From the human T2T-CHM13v2.0 reference genome, Homo sapiens, in NCBI RefSeq assembly GCF_009914755.1, contig NC_060948.1: a DNA stretch of 64,000 nucleotides. One strand, given 5' to 3'. This document shows, in pieces, positions 50,550 through 63,054 of the stretch (the first letter of the stretch is position 1; the number at the start of each line of letters is the position of its first letter). Made by a program: the position numbers and the translations under genes. Under the pieces are notes generated by a model. It saw only the letters and a program-made list of their open reading frames with translations. It ran no database searches and was not told where the DNA came from.

Positions 50550-52149
50550 TCTCTATGAGGTGGGGAACAAGAGTTTCCTATTCTGGAGGCAGTTAAACAA
50601 AGTTTGAGCAGAGATATTAAACCCAGCACGGACAGAGAAATTCATGACCTGGGGGATTGTAGCTCCAAAAGAACGGAAATGGTATGGCCAACAGAAGCAG
50701 GAAAACAGCTATTGTCAGCACTTCCTGCCACATGATTTCTGTCCTTTTAAGTTTTGAGATTTAGGGAGAGGACAAGAGGTGGGTCTGAGGCTGGTAGAAC
50801 CCACATGATTTCCCTCTCCCTTTTGACTTACAGCCTCAATATATTTGGTGTCTCCATGACTCAAAGGCAAATAGTTCAAACTAGGCCTTTTCTTTTAAGG
50901 GTTTGAGGAGGCAGAGCAGAGCCAAGTCTTGGAGACACTGGACTTGCTGCGACACAGGAAAATGAGACGTATGGGGTAAAGAGTGGGGATGAGGAGGAAA
51001 GGGGCCACTTGGATCTTTCCTAAGGTAGGAGAGTAGCCACAGGGGAATAGAATAAGATTCCAGATGGAGTAAAGCAGTACGGGGCTAGGTTTCTCTGCCT
51101 AGTTCCCTTCTTAAGGGCACAGGAAAAGTTATGGGATGATAGAAGATGTCAGCAAAGAGGTCTGCAGGGTAGCTATTTTGAATCCACCACTGGTCTAATC
51201 TGAAGGTGGTCCAGTCACTTGTTTGTGGGGTGTGAAAATCTAAAAGCCAGCAACCTTTATGGTGCCAGAAATCCCAAACAGGAAAATGTTTCCCACCCTC
51301 ATTCCCGTAACAACACCTAATTGGTTTCTGATTGAAAAGGCAGGAATGAGATGGCCAGCTGAAATGACTGATGAGAAATTTGACCTCCTGTGATAAAACA
51401 TCAGCACTGAGGACCTTGAAGAAGTCCTTGCACAGACTTCTTGGGCAGTGTTGATGACTTGACATAAGAAACTTTGACAAGCACTAAATAGGACAATAAA
51501 TGCCAATAGGACAATAGACAAAAAAAAAACAGGCAATTGACCCCAGGGTATATAAACAATTATGGCAACTTTTATAGACAAACAAGGGGAGGGGTCCCAT
51601 GATGGGATCTGTCAGAGGCCAACCTAGCCACTCCCTCTAAGGGAACGTAGGCTCCTCTTAGCATTGGCAGGCCAATATAAACCACCCGCTCAGATTGAGT
51701 TATGCCTGATGCTGCCTAAAGCCTTATGAGGTAGCCACGAAACTGCAGGTGAGGGCCCACTTGAAACCCATAGCTTTCACTGTGGAGCTACAAACTGGAA
51801 TTTCAAGTGCAAGCCCTTGATTTCCACAATCATGCACACATTCACACAGAGTTTATAATATTTTTTCTTATTCCCATTCTAAACAGAGGTCTCTAGGAGA
51901 CCTGAATGAGAGAAGGAGGAGATAGGGAAAGGGAGGTGGGAGAGAGAGAGAGAGAGAGAGAGAGAAAGTGAGGGGGAGAGAAGTGAGAGACTAGTCTTAA
52001 TGGAGAGGCCAGCCTGCCAGAAACCAAGACTCTGTCCTCCAGCATCCTGGTGTATGAATAGAGTTGGACAGAGATGCCCTCATCAGGAACGGATCCCTCT
52101 CACCAAACCAGAACAAAAGGTACCTAAAGGAAAAGCTTTGCTCGAACTG

Positions 52150-52950
52150 GGAAAAAATAAGGCTCATATTGTACTGCACAAAAGTATGGAAATTACACCA
52201 GCTCAAAGACAAAAACACCTGGCCTTCTGAGATAAAAGTTTATTTGAAAGTATCTAATTATCAGATGTTTTCTTCAGATGAAAGATCCGTTAGTATGAGT
52301 TTCTGATGTACAAGCTTTCTTTACCTTGGGAGACAACCCAGACCTTTGTAAGCATTGTAAAATTGATTCTGGCCTTTTTGTAGTCATGTCAAGCAAGGCT
52401 ACAGAAGATAATTTCCCAAAATTAGAGAGACAAACCTTTGCGTACCCCTTAAATACAACTTCTAAATGCCATACCTGCCCTTCTTTCACATGCTTTCCAA
52501 CCACCTTATCATCAGTTTCTCTCCCTGTGCCACCCAATAAACCCCTACATTCCCTGTAGGCCCTGCAGAAAATGTCAAATAAATGTGGTACTACTAAACT
52601 TCAGGTTTAATTTTTATTGCAGAATTTTAAAAAAACAAATTTATATCTAGTCAAGTTCTCTGATTACTCTGATAGATATATAAAGGCATTCCAAAATCTT
52701 ACAGAGGTGTTTCGTTTTATGTGGAAAGATGCTACATTACTCCTAAACTCGATTCTATATATGTCAGAAAATGTGGCAGCTTTTCAGGCAACAGAACGAT
52801 TTGAAGATGAACAATGTATTTACTACAGCCAGTCTAAAAGTATGAAGGGAAAAAAATCTAGAAAAAGGGAGGGCAAAAGACAAAAGTAAGGTGAACGGAT
52901 AGTAGAATCTTTATTCCCAACAGGAAGAAAGACATTGCTCTTTGAAAACT
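52150..52950 (+). mobile_element. HUERS-like ERV1 gag fragment
   Basis: RLILYCTKVW..NTWPSE and KFSDYSDRYIKAFQNLTEVFRFMWKDATLLL (ORF 52617). Confidence 0.65.
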
Positions 52951-53064
52951 TAGTTGGAATACACACACATAAATACTTAATTTAAAAGATTAAGTAGTGG
53001 GAACACAAGTGTAAAGTTTCAGCAAAAGTTTAGTATATAGAGAAGAGATAGTTTTCCCAGCAAA

Positions 53065-56000
53065 TCACTACATGATTTGAGTTACTAATGCACAGATTAA
53101 ATAAATGGGTGCATTAGAGCAAGGTCTGCCATTCCTGGCAGCCATTCCAAGGGACTGGCCTCTCGTAGCGGTAGATCTTACAAATTCTTTCCTGACTATA
53201 TTCTTACATGAGATGGATAAGTCTTGATTTGTTTTCTCTGTGCCTTCTAGCAATCAAAAAGAGCCTGTCTCTCATTACCAGTGGAAAGTTTTACCCGAAA
53301 GCATGCTCACCATTCCCATGCTATGTCAGCATTTTGTAGCACAGTCATTAAAGGAGCCTCAGAATATATTTCCTACTGCCTTCATCATTCATTATGTGGA
53401 TGACATTCTTTTGATTGCTCCTACGGAACAATTAACACCAATTGTTCAGAGAAACAAAACAGGCTTTGCCTAAATGGAATCTCAAAATAGCTCAAGAAAA
53501 GGTAGAAACAATCTCCCAATACCAATACTTAGGTGCTACTGTTACTGAAATAAATGTTTGACCTCAGAAATTAGTCCTCCATAGGGTGAGATTACAAACC
53601 TTGAATGATTTCCAAAAATTATTAGGGGATATAAATTGGCTGTGTCCAATGCGAGGTGTTAATTGAAACTTATCAACTCAAACACTCAGACACTCCATGG
53701 AGATTATTCATTATATTCTCCTTGGCAACTTACTAACTTACAGCTTGTAGAGCAAATGCTTCAGCAAACACCCACCTCTCCACTACAGCCACAAAACCTT
53801 TGGTTCTCTTTATTCTTTCTACCCCCAATTCTCCAGCAGAACTTTTAGACCAGTTCATAGAAAAATCTGTAATTGTAATAGAATGGCTTTTTTAAAAAAA
53901 TTCAATCAGACTGTAAAGTATCTGCAAGTTTATCTTTCTTTAATTACTCAACTTATAACAATGGGTAGGCATACATGCAAAATGTTTAAGAGATATGATC
54001 CAGAAAAAAAATATTGTTCTCCTTTTAGAGCAAGTCTAAAAGTATGAAGGGAAAAAAATTGGATTCCCAACAACAGGCTGCAGCATGGGACATGTTGACT
54101 GTGTGGCAAATTGCTCTTGCAGATTTTGTAGGAATAATAGATAAATATTATCCATCAGAAAAAAATTAGCAATTTTAAAAGTTCAACCTTTCATCTTCCC
54201 TGTGATTACTCATCAAAAACACATTTCAGGCAGCCAGACCTATTTTACTGATGGCTCTTTCAAAGGTCGCACCGCTACTTATGGGCCTAATCCTATTCAA
54301 AGAATAAAAATCCCTGGAGTTTCAGCTCAACGCTCAAAACTAATGGCAGTTATTCAGGTTTTACAACTCACTGCTTCATCTCCTATTAACACTGTCTATG
54401 ATTCAGCCTATGTTGTAATGTAGCCAGTCACATTGAGATTGCCACTATTTAAGGCATCCTAGAACCAGAGCTGTTTAACTTGTTTCTAAGACTTCAACAA
54501 GCCCTTTGCTCTTGTGCTGCTCCTTTTTATATTTCTCATATTTGCTTTCCCACACAACTCTCTACACTATTTCTAGGTAATGATAGAGCAGATAGATTGA
54601 TTTGTTCTGCATTTCAACAAGCTCAAGCTTCTCATACATTACTGCTTCAAAACCCCTCGGCCTTTATTTGTGTGTTTGATTTGCCTCACAGCCAGGCTGC
54701 AGCCTGCGTAAGCCTGTCCTATCTTCCAGCATGTACCTGGAGTCGCATCTATAGAAGGCTATAACCCATGAGGCTTAGCTCCAAACGAAATCTGACAGAT
54801 GGATGCTACTCATGAGGCTGCCATTGGCAAGCTCTCCTTTGTTCATGTGATTGTAGACACTTATTCTCATTTGCTGAATGCTACATGCAAAACAGATCAG
54901 AGAGCTGGTCATGTACAATGGCATTGTCTGTCATTTGCTCATATGGGGTCCCCAAACAAATAAAAAACTGATAATGGACTCGCTTATGTTAGTTATCATT
55001 TAAAAAAAAAAAAACTATAGCTACGTTCAATCACTCATGAATCAGGAATTCCTTACAACCCTCAAGGACAAGGAATTATACAGTGGGCAAATCAAACATT
55101 ACAACATGTGCTGGAAAAACAGAAAGCAAAAATAAGAGACCAGATACCACCTCAAACAAAATTATGTTTACTTTTACTTATTTACTTTAATTTTTTCAAA
55201 TTTATTTGCTTTAAATTTTTTGACTTTTGTCACAGATAGTAAGACTGTAGCAGAAGGACATTGGTAAATGTTAGAGGGAAAAAGGAGAGTATACTGAAAG
55301 GTAGTATGAAATACCCAGAAGAAGGATGATGGACAGGCTCAGTAGATTTACTAATGTAAGGAGGAGGGAATGCTTGTGTTTTTGCAGGAGATGGATAAAA
55401 TGTGTGGGTGCCCTCAAGGTGTTTGTGACCATGGAAAGGGAGACTGGAGAGAGCCATTTATCCCAACTATGGATGCGGCTCCTCCATTACAAGCCATGAG
55501 CCAGCTGAAAGTGCTGGAGTGCCAAGTTCAGGTAAAAACCCCTGACTTCACGTTTATGGCCATGCTACCTGTAACACCCTGTGCAGTTTGTTTTCCCTGT
55601 GCAGAGACAAAAACATATTGGACGTATGTTTCCAATCCCTGAGTATTATGGACTGTAATTTGGATTGACAGTCCCCCTGTGATCTATCATGATCATGGAG
55701 TGTGGGAACAAGGATACCAAACTCCCCTGACACAGAACAATTAGACTCTCAGAACAATGATTATCAATTATACTGCTCCATTGCAGGGACTTCTTTTATG
55801 TGTCACCCAGAGTACATCACTCAACTGCAGTTGTCTTGCAATTTAATCCCAAGCATGGTTGAGTTACTATGGAAAAATTATGTACTTATTAGGCCTTAGC
55901 TCTATTAACATTACTGTTATAGCTAATAACCACTCCCAGCCCCATCACCCAAGTTGTATTAATTATACAGAATGGGCTTCCTTTGATAATTCTTACCCCC

Positions 56001-57334
56001 ATCATTGGACCCAGTGTCTTGGCACCCTAGCTAGACTAACAGTCCATGCTAGTGGGAGACATTATTGACTGGGGACCCTGTGGTCATTTAGATGGGAGAG
56101 ATGAGAATCCGACCTCGTTGTGAGAACTTCGATGACACTGGTGAAGAAACTTTAGCAACTCTTCACTACATTGCACTGGAATTCAATCCCAATCTGCAGC
56201 ATAGCTTGCTTGGCATGGAAGAGGCTTGAGCCCATCTTTGCCTCAATGGCATTATCAAGGAAAGAGAAGTCCAATTCAGGAGTCAATAGGGAAGGCAGCA
56301 CTCCCTTTATGAATGGCAGCATTTGTGTCAGAACACTATTTAATTTTAGGAATTGTGCTCAACACAGTTTTAATGTTACTTTGGTAGAAAATATTACCAA
56401 TTTACAATTTGTGTTTTTAAAACTTTTGTTTTTCTAGCAGAAAAAAAAAAAAAAGTCCAGGTAAATGATGCCCAATTGACTTATGATTCCTGTCAACTGT
56501 ATCATTCCGTTAATCATAGCACAATACAAACATACAGCATATCCCCCTTAATAATGCTAGGTCACAATCCAAGATTATGGATTCCTGTAAATCTGTCTGA
56601 GATTTGGGTGGCCACCTCTGGTTTACATTTTGTAAACCTTTTTCTTACTCAGCTTATGCATTGTGCTTGTAGAGCCTTAGGCATGATAATTTCTGTGAAA
56701 GTCTCCTTAGGTATATTAATAACATTTGTTGTGGGGTCCTTAGTAGCAATGCACAGCTCCATCCAAACAGCTCAATATGTAGAAAATTGGATGTGTACAG
56801 CTGACTGGGCATAGGTGTTTAAAATTAAACTTAACACCGAGATACAATGGAAGTACCAATGTTAAAGACCACAGTTCTGTGGCTCCGAAAACAAGTACAA
56901 AGCTTGTAGTTGCATCAGCAATTGCAGTGTAATTTTAACCAAAATCATATTTGTGTAACCAATTTGGAATAAAACCAAAAGAAATATCCATGGAAACTTG
57001 TAAAGGCCCATTTACAGGGGGTTTTCACATCCAATGTTACTTTTGATTTTAATGATTTACAAAGTAAAATCCTTAACTTGAATAAGCATGCTGAAGCATT
57101 TCAGCCATCTTTAAAAATTTGGGCAGAATTTCAGCAAGGTTTACAGAGCCTTAACCTTTGGACCTCCTTGAAACAACACCTCAATATCTTTTTTGTGGTT
57201 ATCAGAGTAATGTTATTATGTCTCTATTTTATGTTGTTTGTCTTTAAAATCAGCTGGACCACCAAACAGCAATTGAGAGCTGCATAGCCTGCAATTGCCT
57301 TTACTCAACTAATGCAAAAACAAAAAGGAAAAGA
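53065..57334 (+). mobile_element. HML-6 (HERV-K3) internal region: degenerate pol and env, 5' half absent
   Basis: Betaretroviral RT YQWKVLP..IIHYVDDILL (ORF 53240), RNaseH YFTDGS (ORF 54202), integrase GLAPNEI*QMD, env TKTYWTYV..WIPVNLS..SSIQTAQYVENW, then PPT 'aaaaaggaaaaga'. Confidence 0.85.
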
Positions 57335-57762
57335 TGTTGGAGGCCAAAAGAATGAGGGTCATGACCAACTCAGTAATGACTGGAGGGGCTATAAGCAGAC
57401 TGTTTTCATGAAAGCAAGACATTGGCAAACTGACACACCACGTCTGGTACCAGAAGGAATGCTGAGGGCAGTCATTCCTTAAGTGCAATATTCCTTGTTG
57501 TTACATGTAGGAACATTTGAAGGCCGTAGTACAAAGAAAGCAATTATGTCAGCCTGTGATAAATCAAGCAGCTGAACAACAATTGCCTTTCCTCCCTGCT
57601 GATTCTGACTAATAAATACAAAGTCCTGTAGAAGCTCAGGGCCTTTGCTCACTAGAAGCAATAAGCCCTCTAACCCATGTTTTAGAACAGATCTTTTTGG
57701 TCTTTGTCTTCATTTCTGAATTCACCCCCATTCGTTTCATCCGATAGTAACTGATTATCACA
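57335..57762 (+). mobile_element. LTR3, 3' LTR of HML-6
   Basis: Begins 'tgttggaggccaaaagaatgagggtcatgaccaactcagta', matching the recalled LTR3 consensus. Confidence 0.85.
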
Positions 57763-57978
57763 CTGTCACTACTAAAAATACAAAAAAAAAAAAAAAAAAA
57801 AAAACGTGGGCTTGTTGGTAGGCTCATGTAATCCAAGCTATTCAGGAAGCTGAGGCAGAAGACTCCCTTGAACCCAGGAGACATAGGTTGCACTGGGTTA
57901 AAATCACACCTTTGCACCACAGCCTAGTTGACATTGAGACTTCATCTCAAAAAAAGAAAAAAAAAAAAAAAAGAAAAA
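57763..57978 (+). mobile_element. Alu 3' part (linker + right monomer) abutting LTR3
   Basis: 'ctgtcactactaaaaatacaaaa', right arm and poly(A); the left monomer is missing. Confidence 0.85.
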
Positions 57979-58518
57979 ATGAAACAAAAAATATGATCAG
58001 GCTAAGGAAACAAAAATACAAGCCGCAGGCAGAGAAAAATTTAGGAAACACATCTGAAAAGTCACTTTTATGCAAAATATACAAAGAAGTAAGATGACCC
58101 AATTAATTGATAAAGACCTGAATACATACCTCACCAAAGAAGACATGGAGATGGAAAACAGGCACCCAAAATACTGCTCACTGAGCCCCTGTTATTTCTG
58201 CTGAAGCCTGAGGCTCCAAGTCATTTCCTGAGGAGCCAAAGTGGCTGCCAGAGTGGCAGTGCCTCCAAAGACCACTTACCCCAGCCCTACCTTTCCTCCA
58301 GGGTCCAAGGGTTCCCCAGACATTGGGCATGCTCTCCAGGAAACAGCCAGAAGCTGGATGTTTTATTTCTCAGCTTTTCTTAAAATTCTGGATGCCAATA
58401 AGTATACTTTGGTTGGAAGTTTTATTTTTAACGTAACAATTTTGAGGCACTGATAAGTATTAGAAAAGACAGTTTTCAACCTACACTTGTCTCCCTAAAG
58501 AGATAAAATAATTGAGTT

Positions 58519-58797
58519 GGCCAGGCATGGTGGCTCACACCTGTAATCCCAGCACTTTGGGAGGCTGAGCCACGTGGGTGTACTTAGGTCAGGTGTTTGA
58601 GACCAACCTGGTCAACATGGTGAAAAAAGCTCTCTAATAAAAATATGAAAAATTAAACAGGAGTGGTGGTGGGCTCCTGTAATCCCAGATACTCAGGAGG
58701 CTGAGACAGGATAATTGTGTGAACCTGGGAAGCTGAGGTTACCAGAGCTGAGATCATACCACTCCAGCCAAGCAGTGGGAACAGAGTGAGACTCCAC

Positions 58798-58830
<33 letters not shown>
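58519..58830 (+). mobile_element. Alu (AluS-like), full length
   Basis: 'ggccaggcatggtggctcacacctgtaatcccagcactttgggagg' through a long poly(A). Confidence 0.92.
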
Positions 58831-58834
<4 letters not shown>

Positions 58835-59729
58835 TCAATTGTTTTTTTTTTTGCAGTTATTTTGGAATACTTATTACAATGCATTATTATTTTGATGTTC
58901 TCAAGACAGATAACACAGTAAGAGTAGTAAGAAAAACCAAATAGCAAGTTATTATAAATTCATGGAATTAATTTCATCTGTCATTCTTTCTGTCTTTTAT
59001 TATTTAAAATGTGTACTGCTGAAATTATCAGACATTTTACTTGTGATTTCTAGGTGCAAAAAAGAATAACAGTAAACTATTATTGAATGAATCTCAGTCT
59101 TCCAATTGATTCTGATGTAGTGGACTGTTTTGTGAAGGATGAAAAGCTAACAGACCAAACAAATGTGATTTCAAATTTTGGCTTACTTTGCAGAAGCAGA
59201 TTTAAGAACCAGAAACTTCATAGTTCTAACCTTTGTCAATGATTCAGCATTGCAAAATATGTACTGAAATTGAAATGGAGCTTTTTGTGAATTCCAACAG
59301 AAACAGTTTGTACTCTAGAAATTCCTGTTGCTCCGTTGACATCCATGAAAAAATCACTTGATTGAAAGTGATCTCTAAACAGCAAAGCGTCAAACTAATA
59401 CACCACAATGTCTTATTAGCTACAGTTCACTATTTTATTTAGTAACTATAAGATTAGAAAAAAATAGCAGGATAAATGACTCTTGAGTACTCGCATAATT
59501 TTCTTAGTTTTTACCAAGTAGAGCTTACAGTACGTTTTTTACAATTGGTTTTCTGTGGCACAATACATAGATGCTTTTTGGCAGCAATCATAGATTAATG
59601 AACAAACAATTACAAAATAATACTCAACAACAATTGTCATCCAGGGAAGGCAAATTAAACTAAGAGTGAGAGCACTAACAGCTATAGTATGTCTGAATTT
59701 CTTTTTAAATATAATCAAAACTGCAGCAG

Positions 59730-60220
59730 AAAAACTCATTCATTACTGATGGAATGCATATTTGTATAGCAACATTAAAATATGATTGTTTTCTTCTGCC
59801 AGTTTGGCAGTTTTTTTCCAACGGTAAACATGGTCTCATCATATAGGCTAACAATTGCACACTAGGTATTTAGACAACTGATTTGGAAACTCGTCCCTAA
59901 ACAATAACCACAGGCATTTATGTGTAACTGCTCTCTTGACAATGGCCAAATACTTTAAGGAATCAGGATGCCCTTCAATATTAACCAGGCCAGGTAAATT
60001 CATAAAAGGAAATACTATTCATCAAAAGAAAGGAATGATTTATGAAGCCATGCAAAGCCATGGATGTATCAGGCATACATAAAGCTAAGTGATAAAAGCT
60101 GGTCTGAAGCGATGACATACTGTATGATTTCATTTCTATTACATAACAGAGAAGAAATGTCTACAGAGACAGTAAACAGACCTGTAATTTACAGTGGTTT
60201 GTAGCGGGTAGATAGTGAGT
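59730..60220 (+). mobile_element. Ancient L1M 3' end fragment
   Basis: 'tttggcagtttt', 'ggatgcccttcaat', 'gctaagtga', 'acatactgtatgatttcattt'. Confidence 0.65.
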
Positions 60221-60439
60221 TGATTAGCAGAATGGAATGATGGAAAAAAGCACAAATGGGCCAGGTGAGAAGGGACTCATTATGCTTCATGAGATCATGC
60301 TGTTCGTGTAGAAGAGCTAGGAGTGTGTATACCAGCATGAATAAATAAATAGGATTCTACTCATGATAACAGAGAATTGTCTTCTTTCATCACACATGGA
60401 ACTATTAGGAGGACTTCTGAGGAAGCTTTTGTTGTATGT

Positions 60440-62000
60440 GGAAAAACATACATAAAAAATTTACCACTCCAAACATTATTGAGTGTATAGTTCAGTGGCA
60501 TTAACTATGCTCACATTGTGCAACCATCACCACCATTTCACAATCTCTTCAGCAGTGGATAAGGGTTCCAATTTATCCACAGTCTCAAACTTTTCCTTAA
60601 AAAAAAATAGACATTCTAATGGAGATAAAGTGGTTATCTCATTGTGGTTTAGGTATTCATGTATTAAGTGGCTAGTGATTTTGAACATCTTTTCTTGTGC
60701 TTATTGGCTGTGGATTTGTAAATGATTTCATAGCTATATTGAAGAATGAACACAAAATAAAAAATAGATCAATTGAACTTCATCAACACTAAACACTTTT
60801 GTGCATCAAAGGACACAGTATAGTGGAAAGAAATCTAACAGCATGGGACAAAATATTTGCAAGTCATATATATATAGTATATATTCAAGTCACCCATTTG
60901 GATCTTTTCCAAGTGCACTTTCCATTTTTTCTAACTCTAAAAATTTTAAGTAAGCATCCATGTTTGCTGTGAAACTTTTCTCAGCCTCTTTTGCTACTTT
61001 ATTCCCCTCAGTCAAATTCTTTCTTGTGAGGAGGCAAGAGTTGAGGTTAGTGCAGACCATGATAGATTTGATGCCAGTAACTAAGATACCTTCTACTAGT
61101 AACAAGTCAAGGAGCTGGTGGACAGTGTGACTGGAGTACGTGCTTAGTATGTGGCTGTACTGGCCGAGACAGTTCTGGACTGTGGAGGGACCAGAACCCC
61201 ATGCTAAGAGCACTCTGTGGAAAGAGAGCTCAGATTGCTGAGAGAATGCTGAGGAAGAAATTTTGTCTTTTTAGTGAGGTGAAATTCCTTCACATAATAT
61301 AAAATTAACTGTTTCTTAATGAATTCTTTAGTAATCCTTAGTACATGCACATTTGTGTGCAACTATCACCTTTTAGTTCCAAATTATTTTCATTATCCTA
61401 AAAAGAATTACCCTACCTATTAAGGAGCTAATATCCAATCTCTCCTCTTTCTGATACCTAGCAACCAGTAATCTGCTTTTTAGCTCTATAGATTTATTTA
61501 TTCTAAATATTTATATAAATAAAATCATGCAGTATGTGAGTTTTGTGTTCAGCTTCTTAAACCAAAATGATTTTGAATTTTCTTCACATTGTAGCATTAA
61601 TATTGTAATCCTTTTTACAGCTGAGTATTATGCCATTGTATGGACATACGATATTTCACCGCTAATTTTTTGTTGGTGGACATTTATTTGGTTTGTTTCC
61701 AGATTTTAGTTACTGTGCATGCTGCTATGAACATATGTATGCACGTTTTTGTTTGAATATCTGTTTTACATTTTGTGTGTATAGCTTGGAGTGGATTTTG
61801 TTGGTTCTATGGTAATTACATATTTAGCCTTTGATGAACTACCAAACTATTTTCCACAGCAGCTGTAGCATTTTACTTTCATATTTTCCCTTCCATTTCA
61901 ACCATTTCAATTGTTACCTTTTTGTTTGTTTGTTTTTTGCAATTATAATGGATGTGAAGTGGTATCTTCCTGTGGTTTTGACTTGCATTTCACCGAAGTT
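60440..62000. mobile_element. Mosaic of old L1 fragments (mostly antisense) and a MER31-like LTR piece (~60885-61103)
   Basis: L1 3' antisense motifs 'cacattgtgcaaccatcaccacc' and 'gctgctatgaacat'; MER31-like 'gaggaggcaagagttgaggtt.gtgcagacc..agtaaca'. Confidence 0.55.
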
Positions 62001-63054
62001 AAAATGGGCAGGAGGCATAAGAGTTGGAGGAGTAAGAAAAAGGGTCAGGACAGCCATGTGGAGAGGATAGGTCAGTGCCAGGGGACATACTGGCTGTTGC
62101 AGCCTTTGCCCGGTCTCAGCTCCAGTGGTGAAAGGAAAAGTGAGCCCATTTATGTAGTGTAAATTTTCTCACAGTCTATGTGTTTCAGGAAGGAGAGCTG
62201 ATTAGTGATTTGGGGGACTGAGCCCTCTCTTGTCATAGGTCCTCTATCATTCAGTCCTCACTGGGCACCTCCCTGGAGACAACCTGGTCTCAGCTCCCAG
62301 ACACAGGAGAACCTCATGGCCTGGGAGCCTGCCCCCTAATGGACAGAGGCCTGGAGGGAGGAGCACAGCTGATATGTGTTACAACAAAGAATGTAAAGTA
62401 CAGAAGTGGACACAACATTTAGTGCAGTCATCCCAGGCCACAGGAACCAGGATCACCACTCATGGGACTCAGTCTCCCTCTTTGAGAAAGGAACTGCCAC
62501 AACCATCAATCTCAACAGCCCTTCCAAGATTTAATAGACCAAACAAGTTGGAATTCAGCTGATTTTAAATTCTGCTGTCATTCCAGATCTCACACAACCC
62601 CTGCACCAGAGACTGGAGTCAGAGTCTGCAAGTTGCTTTCTTCTGCTGGTGCAGGAGAATGTGCCAAGTTAGTCTCCACTTGTGGCTGGTACACAGAGTG
62701 CTTGGCCACCAGCATTTAATTATTTCCACTATTACCTCTAAGGTTTACCAAAATGTTTGTGTGGTGTAAGCTGTCACTAAGTTCCCTTCCTTTGGGCCTT
62801 CCAGAGACTACTTTGAAACATTTGTCACTCTCAAAAACAAGCTACTGTGGATTTGGTCGGCTCTTGATTGACATTTAGAAAAGCTGTGGCCTCAGAAGGC
62901 AGCTTCCTTCCTGCTCCAAGTCCACTAGGCTGTACAATGAGCAATTAAGATGTCCCTGATCTCAGATCCAATAAGTTCTGGGTGCAATGTTCAGTCCTCC
63001 CTTCTGCAAACCACAGTGATGACATAATACAGTACCCAGCTGCCCAGTGCCTTT

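Larger units (their letters stand above)
43540..52110 (-). mobile_element. HERV-T (HERVS71) internal region: leader-gag-pro-pol-env, 5' LTR missing
   Basis: Gammaretroviral gene order on the minus strand; see the env, pro-pol and gag entries. Confidence 0.9.

Noticed and set aside
58180-59450. Unassigned non-Alu sequence, possible exon or DNA-transposon remnant
   Set aside because: Could not be matched to any family or protein with confidence.
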